This document shows positions 47,520 through 54,061 of a stretch of 54,061 nt of DNA, piece after piece; position 1 is the stretch's first letter, and every line of letters begins with the position of its first letter. The notes under the pieces are model-generated. The model ran no database searches. It had not been told where the DNA came from and saw nothing but the letters and a program-made list of their open reading frames with translations. The position numbers and the translations under genes are program-made. Origin of the DNA: an uncultured Anaerolineae bacterium (GTDB lineage Bacteria > Chloroflexota > Anaerolineae > Fen-1058); NCBI GenBank assembly GCA_964354595.1, contig CAYHAR010000001.1, forward strand, positions 1-54,061, in the 5' to 3' direction.

Positions 47520-48494
47520 ATGCAAGTCTTGGAATCTGGACGGGGCGAGCTGATGAGGCTGCCCGACCTCGAGGCGTTCCGCGAGTGGAACCGGAAAAAG
47601 TCACGCCGGCTGGTGGACAAGCGGATGACGGAACAAGAGGCCATCAGCCGCTTTGTCACCGGCGGCTGCTACATCGGGACAGAGCTGTACGGCACGGTGC
47701 GCTGTCCCATGTCGCTCTGCCGTGAGGTGGTGCGGCAGGGGAAAAAGAATTTGCACGTGTGCGGGCAGGGCGTGCTCGAGCTGGATTTGTGGCTGGCCGC
47801 CGGGCTGGTTAAAAAGCTCGACATCACTTACATCGGCCTGGAGGTGTATGGCACGACCTCGGCGCTGCGGCGCGCGGTCGAGTCGGGACAGGTGGAGACG
47901 TGCGTCGAATGGAGCAACGGCGCAATCTCGTGGCGGATGAAGGCGGCGGCGATGGGCGTGCCGTTCATCCCCACGCGCTCGATGCTGGGCACGGATACGC
48001 TCACCTACAGCGCGGCCAAAGTGATCGAGGACCCGTTCACCGGACTAAAGGTCTGCCTGCTGCCTGCGCTCATTTTGGACGTGGGGTTGATCCACGTCCA
48101 TCGCGCCGATTGCCACGGCAACGCGCAGATTGACGGCATCAGCGGGTTTGCCGCCGAGATGGCGCGCGCCTCCAAGCGGCTCATCATCAGCGCCGAAGAG
48201 ATTGTGCCGACGGAAGAAATCCGCCGGCATCCCGACCGCACGATCATTCCGTACTATCTGGTGGATGCGGTCGTCCACGCGCCGTTCGGCTCGCATCCGG
48301 GCGAGATGGCGTATCTGTATGGACGCGACGAGCCGCTCATCCGCGAATGGGTCGAGGGAAGCAAGACCGCCGAGGGCGCGCAGGCTTACCTGGACAAGTA
48401 CGTGTACGGCGTCAAGAATCACGGGGAATACGTGGACCTCATCGGCCAGGAGCGGCTGACGCAACTGGTAGCCGAGCGTGAGAGGAGGGAATGA
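47520..48494 (+). CDS. CoA-transferase subunit A (glutaconate CoA-transferase-like)
   Basis: Family-I CoA-transferase alpha features. The stop overlaps subunit B's start. Confidence 0.75.
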   Translation: MQVLESGRGELMRLPDLEAFREWNRKKSRRLVDKRMTEQEAISRFVTGGCYIGTELYGTVRCPMSLCREVVRQGKKNLHVCGQGVLELDLWLAAGLVKKLDITYIGLEVYGTTSALRRAVESGQVETCVEWSNGAISWRMKAAAMGVPFIPTRSMLGTDTLTYSAAKVIEDPFTGLKVCLLPALILDVGLIHVHRADCHGNAQIDGISGFAAEMARASKRLIISAEEIVPTEEIRRHPDRTIIPYYLVDAVVHAPFGSHPGEMAYLYGRDEPLIREWVEGSKTAEGAQAYLDKYVYGVKNHGEYVDLIGQERLTQLVAERERRE

Positions 48495-49261
48495 TGAGCG
48501 ACCGGGCCTATACCAAAACGGAATTGATGATTTGTGTGGCGGCGCGCCTGTTTCAAGATGGGACGACGGCCTTTATCGGCACGGGTGTCCCGATGCTGGC
48601 GGCGATGCTGGCGAACAAGACGATTGCGCCCAACCTGGTGCCGGTGTTCGAATTCGGCGGGACGGGCGCGATTTTGGAAAACCTGCCGCGCGCGGTGGGC
48701 GAGTCGCGCACGTTCCACAAGGCGCTGTGCGCTTCCGGCATCTGCGACACGATGGAGACGGCGCAGCGCGGGTTCATTGACTATGGCTTTTTGGGCGGCG
48801 CGCAGATTGATTGCTACGGCAACTTGAACACCACCACCATCGGCGACCACGACCACCCCAAGGCGCGCCTGCCCGGCAGCGGCGGCGGCAACGATGTGGG
48901 CAGCCTGTGCTGGATGACGGTGGCGCTCATGCAGCACGACACGCGCCGCTTTGTGCCCAAGGTGGACTTTGTCACCACGCCGGGCTACCTCACCGGCTAT
49001 GGCGCGCGCGAGGCGGCTGGATTGCCCAGAGGCAGCGGGCCGATCAACGTCGTTTCCACGCTGGCATTGATGGATTACGAGCCTGCGACGTGCCGGATGC
49101 GGCTGGTCTCCACCAATCCTGGCGTGACGGTACAAGAAGTCATCGCCAACACCGGCTTTGAGTTGATCGTCCCGGAGTGCGTCGGTGTGAACGAGCCGCC
49201 CAGCGCGCAAGAGCTGCGCTTGCTGCGCGAAGAGATTGATCCGGCCAGGTTTTACATTTGA
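48491..49261 (+). CDS. CoA-transferase subunit B
   Basis: FIGTGVPMLAA...EFGG...LPGSGGGNDV. ATGA overlap with subunit A. Confidence 0.75.
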   Translation: MMSDRAYTKTELMICVAARLFQDGTTAFIGTGVPMLAAMLANKTIAPNLVPVFEFGGTGAILENLPRAVGESRTFHKALCASGICDTMETAQRGFIDYGFLGGAQIDCYGNLNTTTIGDHDHPKARLPGSGGGNDVGSLCWMTVALMQHDTRRFVPKVDFVTTPGYLTGYGAREAAGLPRGSGPINVVSTLALMDYEPATCRMRLVSTNPGVTVQEVIANTGFELIVPECVGVNEPPSAQELRLLREEIDPARFYI

Positions 49262-49287
49262 TGGCCGCAGACCGCCGCTGTGTCTTG

Positions 49288-49330
49288 ACCCTTGCGAAGG
49301 CTCACGGCTTTCGCAAGGGTTGTCTTTTGC
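49288..49330 (+). terminator. rho-independent terminator candidate after the CoA-transferase operon
   Basis: 11-bp perfect stem ACCCTTGCGAA (49288..49298) / TTCGCAAGGGT (49310..49320), followed by TGTCTTTTGC. Confidence 0.6.
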
Positions 49331-49482
49331 AAATGTTTCCGAGTTGCTACACCGTGTTTCTGAATCGTTGCCTCTTTGTCGTGTGGACGGCACACGGGTG
49401 TGATAAAGTAGGGACGTTGCCCACACCCCTTGGGGTGTCCTGCGCGCAAGCGCTGCCGACATCCACTATTGGAGAGTGACGT

Positions 49483-52400
49483 GTGAGACTGCTCAACCAC
49501 CCTGCTTTTCGCGCTTTGCTTCGCCGCGCGGGCACGGCGCTGGCGATTCTGCTCGTCATCACCTGGCTGACCCTGTTCGGCTTGATCCTGGCCGAGCGAG
49601 GGCGAGCAGGATTGCCGGCCAGGCCGCCGGAGGCTGCCATTGAAGCTTTGGGCCGGACGGCTGCCTATGTGGTGGATCATCCGGCGACCTACTATTGGCA
49701 CAAGCGAGACGTTTCGGCTCCAGATTTGGTGATCACGTTGTTCAGCCGCAGCGCTGGGCTGCTGCTGGTAGCCCTGGGGATTGCGGCCATTGTCGGCGTG
49801 CCGCTCGGCATTGTGATGGCCCTGTCCCGGCGTCAAATCGTCGCGCCGCTGGCGTTGCTGCTTTCGATCTTGGGAGTTTCGACGCCCAGCTTTTTGCTGG
49901 CTATGTTGTTCTGGGTGATCAATATCCAGGCTTATCGCTGGCTTGGCACAGATAGCGCGCCGCTTCCACCGACGGGCTTTGGGTGGGACTTGCACATGGT
50001 AATGCCGGCGCTCGTGCTGGCCGCTCGCCCGCTGGCCCAGGTGGTCCAAGTCACTTTTGTCTCCATGTCCAGCGTGCTGCAAGAAGATTACGTGCGGACC
50101 GCGCAAGCCAAAGGGTTGGCCGAGCGAGTAGTGCTGGGCCGCCACGCGCTGCGGAACGTGCTGATCCCGATCCTGACCACGCTGGGCACCTCGCTGCGTT
50201 TTTCGCTCGCCAGCCTGCCGGTGGTGGAATATTTCTTCGTCTGGCCCGGCATGGGACTGACGTTGTTGCAGGCCATCGAGGCGGGGACCTCCGGGCTTGT
50301 GACAGACCTGATCGTGTCGCTCGGTTTCTTGTTCTTGATCATCAACCTGGCGCTGGAAACGGTTTACCAGATCGTGGATCCGCGACTGCGGGGAAACGGC
50401 CATGCTCAGGAGCAGCTTGAGGAGCAACTGCCCTGGCAGGAACAGTTGACTCGATTCAAAGACACGCTCGTCGAGTGGTGGGGCGATTTGCTGGTGACTC
50501 TCCGGCTGCGCCGTCAGCCCTCTCAGCTTTCTCCTTTGCCAGCGCAACTGGTCAATAACGGCCTGGCGGCCAGTGACGCATTGCCGGCTTCTGCCGCTTC
50601 ATCCCGACGGTACCTGCTTCGCGCCACGTTGGGCAATCCCACGCTGGTGATCGGCACGCTGTTGGTGTTGTCATTCTTTGGCGTGGCCTTTTTCGGCGAG
50701 CAGTTGACCCGGGCGAATCCCGGTGAGACCCATGGCACGATGATGATCGAGGGACAGTTAAAAGCTTCGCCTTTCCGCCCCTCGTCTGTTTTTCCGTGGG
50801 GCAGCGACATGATCGGGCGGGACATGCAGGCGTTGGTGCTGGCCGGGGCCAAACAGACTTTGGCTCTGGCTTTGGCCGGAACGGCGGCCCGCGTGCTCTT
50901 GGGCACGGTGTTGGGATTATTGGGCGGATGGTGGCGCGGGAGTTGGCTGGACAAGCTGGTCAACGGCGCAGTGGGAGTGTGGGCTGCTTTTCCCGTCACG
51001 CTGTTTGCCATGATTTTGATTCTGGCTCTGGGCATCCAGCAAGGGCGGTCAGTCTTTATCATCGCGCTGTGTGCGGTGGGCTGGGGCGAGACGGCCCAGT
51101 TTGTGCGCGGCCAGGTGCTCTCGCTCAAGCCGCAGCCCTATATCGAGGCGGCGCGAGCCGCCGGGGCGCGCTCGGGCCGGATACTTTCCTGGCACATCTT
51201 GCCGCAACTGTTGCCGTCGCTCTTGGTCTTGGCCGTGCTCGAGATGGGCGGCATCTTGATGCTGCTGGCCGAGCTGGGCTTTCTCAACATCTTTTTGGGC
51301 GGCGGGTTCAAGGTCGAGCTGACCAGCGAAAAGATCTTTCACTATTCCGACGTGCCCGAATGGGGCGCGCTTTTGGCCAACATCCGCGACTGGTGGCGCA
51401 GTTACCCGTGGATGGCATGGTATCCGGGCCTGGGCTTTTTTGCGGCGATTTTGGGCCTGAACCTGTGGGGCGATGGATTGCGCCGTCTATTGGAGGCGAC
51501 CCGCGTCAACGTCAGCCGGTTGATCAATCGCTATACGGTGGTTGCGGCCGGCGCGCTCGTGATCGGGCTGGTGTGGGTGCTGCGCAGCACAGCGCCGATC
51601 GAGGTGTATCAATCCCAGGCCAAACAATTTGACGCTCAACGCGCGATGGAGGACATTCGCGTTCTATCCTCTCAATCTCAGAGCGAGGTGACGCGCGTCC
51701 GGACACCCGCCAGTGAGGGCGAATTGCAGACGCTCTCGTCCGGCCAATTCAACGGGCGCGAGCCGGGCACGCCTGGGGCCAGGCTGGCCGCCGAATACAT
51801 CGCCGGACGGATGGGAGAGATCGGGCTTTCTCCGGCCGGCGACGCGAACGCCTACATCCAGACTTTTGTTTGCAGCCGTTTCCACTTGACCGAGACGCCC
51901 CGCCTGGAATTTTTGAATGGACAAGGCGTGACTCTGTTGCTGACCTACAGGCAAGATTTTGCCGAGTACGTTCACCTCCTGCCGACCTACGGCGACGGCC
52001 AGGGGACGATTATCGGGATGGCGCTCGGCCCTGATCCAGAAACATCGGGATCGGACATTTACGGCCTCAACAGCCTTGGCCTCGGCGACAAGATCGTCGT
52101 CCTGCGCGAGCCGGACATGCTGCGCGTCAACATCCCGGCGATGGCGGGCGCGCTTTTCGTCAGCGACGACCCGGCCAAGGTCGGAGGCAAGTATATTTTT
52201 GGCGGAGATGAGACGATTGGGCTGCGCCGCAATAACTATAAATCCAGGCCCGTGATGTACATCACCCCAGAGACGGCCGACAGGCTGCTGTCGACGGCGG
52301 GCAGCAGCCTGTCCGAGTTGGATAACATGGCGAAAGGCTTGCAGCCTGGCAAGGCGGCTTTGACGGGCGCCGGAACAAGGGCGCGCATCAAGGTCGCCGC

Positions 52401-54061
52401 TAAAGAGACGGCAGATCCGCCCGATAATTGTTACAACGTCATCGGCTTTATCCCCGGCGCCGGATCAGAGATGGCAGGCGGCAAGGGCAAGGGGCTGGAT
52501 GATCGCGTCATCTTGGTCAGCGCCTATTACGACGGCCTGGGCACCGGCCCGGATGGAACGTTTTACCCTGGCGCGAACGACAATGCCAGCGGCGTGGCAG
52601 CGATGCTCGAGATAGCGCGCGTCCTCAAGCAGAGCGTGACCCAGCCCAACAAGACCATCGTCTTTGTCGCCTGGAGCGGCGGCGAGCGGCGCGAGAGCCT
52701 GAGCCTGGCGAATGTGATGAACGCCAAGGCCGGTTTTGGCCTGCTGCGGGTCGAGACGGTGATCGAGCTAAGCGGCGTGGGCGCGGGCGATGGACAAGCC
52801 ATCGCGCTGGGGCAGGGGAGCAGCTTTCAATTGGTTCAGACTTTTCAAGAGGCGGCGGGCCGGTTGGGCGTGGCAACGACGACGCGCGGTCGCGGGCCGC
52901 ATTTTGGCCTGTACACCAAGCCGGCTTTTGGCGGACGCTCGGCGCTCACCGCTTACTTGAGCTGGGACGGCGCAGATCGAATAGCGCACACGCCCGACGA
53001 CACGTTCGACAAGATCGTGCCGGACAAGCTGCGGCAGGTGGGCCAGACAACGCTGCTGGTGGTGAGCGTGCTCAGCCAGGGCAAAGAGACGCAAGACACC
53101 CTCAAGCCGTTGACGACGGCGGCCGATTACGTCCAGGGCGCGCGGATGTTTGACGAACAGCAAGCGCTCCGGCACATTGAATATCTCGCCAGCGATGAAT
53201 TGAGTGGTCGCTCTCCCGGCACGCCGGGCAGCCGGGCAGCCGGCGATTACATCGCCGCCCGCATGGCCGAGTACGGCTTGCAGCCGGCCGGGTTGGACAA
53301 CACCTATTTCCAGACGTTTACCGAGTCCATGACACGAGTCGTCGAGCTGCCGGTCCTCACGGTGACGCCACTGGGCGGACAAACACTTAACCACACCTAT
53401 GCGTACCGCGCCGATTATCTGGCGCGCACGAGAGGATACCTGGGCGGAGGGGCGGCCGAGGGCCAGGTCACCTGGCTGTACAAGTGCAGGGAAGAGGATT
53501 TTGCCGGGCAGAGCCTGGCGGGCGCGATTGTCCTGTGCCATGGCCCGCGCAATTTAAAAGAGTACGATCAGACGGTCACGCAGGCGCGGCAGCATCAGGT
53601 CGGCGGGCTGTTGCTGTGGGTGCGCGACAGAGCCAGCCCCGAGTTCCTACGCGGCTCGGTCAAACTAGAGCCGGCGACGATTCCGGCGTTCTACGTCACG
53701 GACGCCGTTGTGCAAGACCTGGTCATCGGCAGCGACACTACGCTGGATGCTCTCAGCCGGCGCTCAACCGGCACGCCGCTCGCCTTGCACGTCACGGCGC
53801 ACATGAAGGTGGCGATCGAGGAGCAAGAGATCGAGGCGCGCAACATCCTGGGCATGTTGCACGGCTCTGATCCTCAGCATCGCGGTGAGATCGTCGTCGT
53901 CGGTGCGCACTATGACCACCTGGGCCGCGACCCGGATGGGGCCGTGTACGAGGGTGCCAACGACAATGCCAGCGGCGTGGCAACGATGTTGGAAATCGCC
54001 CGGCTGTGGCAGGCGCAGGGCTTTCGCCCGGCGCGCAGCGTGCTGTTTGCCGCCTGGGACG
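49483..54061 (+). CDS. giant fusion ORF: DppB/OppB-like permease + DppC/OppC-like permease + two PA/M28 aminopeptidase domains (3' end beyond the window)
   Basis: Not in the ORF track because it has no stop inside the window. I read frame 1 codon by codon from the GTG at 49483 (GGAGAG 7 nt upstream; in-frame TGA at 49477..49479) to 54060 and found no stop. Contains the EAA loops DYVRTAQAKGLAERVVLGRHALRN and YIEAARAAGARSGRILSWHILPQ, plus two copies of the GANDNASGVA(A/T)MLEIAR M28 motif. Confidence 0.75.
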   Translation, partial: MRLLNHPAFRALLRRAGTALAILLVITWLTLFGLILAERGRAGLPARPPEAAIEALGRTAAYVVDHPATYYWHKRDVSAPDLVITLFSRSAGLLLVALGIAAIVGVPLGIVMALSRRQIVAPLALLLSILGVSTPSFLLAMLFWVINIQAYRWLGTDSAPLPPTGFGWDLHMVMPALVLAARPLAQVVQVTFVSMSSVLQEDYVRTAQAKGLAERVVLGRHALRNVLIPILTTLGTSLRFSLASLPVVEYFFVWPGMGLTLLQAIEAGTSGLVTDLIVSLGFLFLIINLALETVYQIVDPRLRGNGHAQEQLEEQLPWQEQLTRFKDTLVEWWGDLLVTLRLRRQPSQLSPLPAQLVNNGLAASDALPASAASSRRYLLRATLGNPTLVIGTLLVLSFFGVAFFGEQLTRANPGETHGTMMIEGQLKASPFRPSSVFPWGSDMIGRDMQALVLAGAKQTLALALAGTAARVLLGTVLGLLGGWWRGSWLDKLVNGAVGVWAAFPVTLFAMILILALGIQQGRSVFIIALCAVGWGETAQFVRGQVLSLKPQPYIEAARAAGARSGRILSWHILPQLLPSLLVLAVLEMGGILMLLAELGFLNIFLGGGFKVELTSEKIFHYSDVPEWGALLANIRDWWRSYPWMAWYPGLGFFAAILGLNLWGDGLRRLLEATRVNVSRLINRYTVVAAGALVIGLVWVLRSTAPIEVYQSQAKQFDAQRAMEDIRVLSSQSQSEVTRVRTPASEGELQTLSSGQFNGREPGTPGARLAAEYIAGRMGEIGLSPAGDANAYIQTFVCSRFHLTETPRLEFLNGQGVTLLLTYRQDFAEYVHLLPTYGDGQGTIIGMALGPDPETSGSDIYGLNSLGLGDKIVVLREPDMLRVNIPAMAGALFVSDDPAKVGGKYIFGGDETIGLRRNNYKSRPVMYITPETADRLLSTAGSSLSELDNMAKGLQPGKAALTGAGTRARIKVAAKETADPPDNCYNVIGFIPGAGSEMAGGKGKGLDDRVILVSAYYDGLGTGPDGTFYPGANDNASGVAAMLEIARVLKQSVTQPNKTIVFVAWSGGERRESLSLANVMNAKAGFGLLRVETVIELSGVGAGDGQAIALGQGSSFQLVQTFQEAAGRLGVATTTRGRGPHFGLYTKPAFGGRSALTAYLSWDGADRIAHTPDDTFDKIVPDKLRQVGQTTLLVVSVLSQGKETQDTLKPLTTAADYVQGARMFDEQQALRHIEYLASDELSGRSPGTPGSRAAGDYIAARMAEYGLQPAGLDNTYFQTFTESMTRVVELPVLTVTPLGGQTLNHTYAYRADYLARTRGYLGGGAAEGQVTWLYKCREEDFAGQSLAGAIVLCHGPRNLKEYDQTVTQARQHQVGGLLLWVRDRASPEFLRGSVKLEPATIPAFYVTDAVVQDLVIGSDTTLDALSRRSTGTPLALHVTAHMKVAIEEQEIEARNILGMLHGSDPQHRGEIVVVGAHYDHLGRDPDGAVYEGANDNASGVATMLEIARLWQAQGFRPARSVLFAAWD

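Overview
High-GC bacterial chromosomal segment. My hand counts on sample 60-nt lines give about 62-67% GC in most genes. Gene content and repeat style look Chloroflexota-like, but I cannot verify the lineage here.

Positions 1-31.2 kb are housekeeping genes: murE (5' partial), two EPS-type glycosyl/sugar transferases, thiN, the dnaG-rpoD operon, ppdK, a fused glyQS, recO, cdd, glmU, secDF, and a response-regulator/sirtuin/GAF-kinase operon. Positions 45.6-54.06 kb are metabolic genes: an ASKHA/2Fe-2S protein, CoA-transferase A/B, and a giant ORF that runs off the window and fuses two peptide-ABC permeases to two M28 peptidase domains.

Between about 31.29 and 45.58 kb lies a ~14.3 kb accessory island bracketed by a 13-bp direct repeat. 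No integrase or tRNA is visible. Its core is a three-gene, same-strand module: an SNF2 helicase with a C-terminal DUF3883 nuclease-like domain, a DUF1156-type DPPY methyltransferase, and a DUF499 P-loop ATPase. The module is BREX/DISARM-like but lacks PglZ, DUF1998 and any classical restriction subunit. This is my best candidate for the poorly or not yet characterised system.

The module is interleaved with other elements:
- a Phd/VapC toxin-antitoxin pair with its own near-consensus promoter
- a decayed DUF433 gene
- a GxxExxY gene cassette
- four copies of a CACAGAT/ATCTGTG palindromic element, one of them inserted in-frame inside the methyltransferase
- two unrelated MITE-like elements, one of which splits a small Zn-ribbon gene
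- a ~1 kb ORF-free, lower-GC leader carrying a consensus sigma70-type promoter

The methyltransferase also has a ~1.2 kb low-GC central segment, which suggests allelic mosaicism. No rRNA, tRNA or CRISPR array was found.
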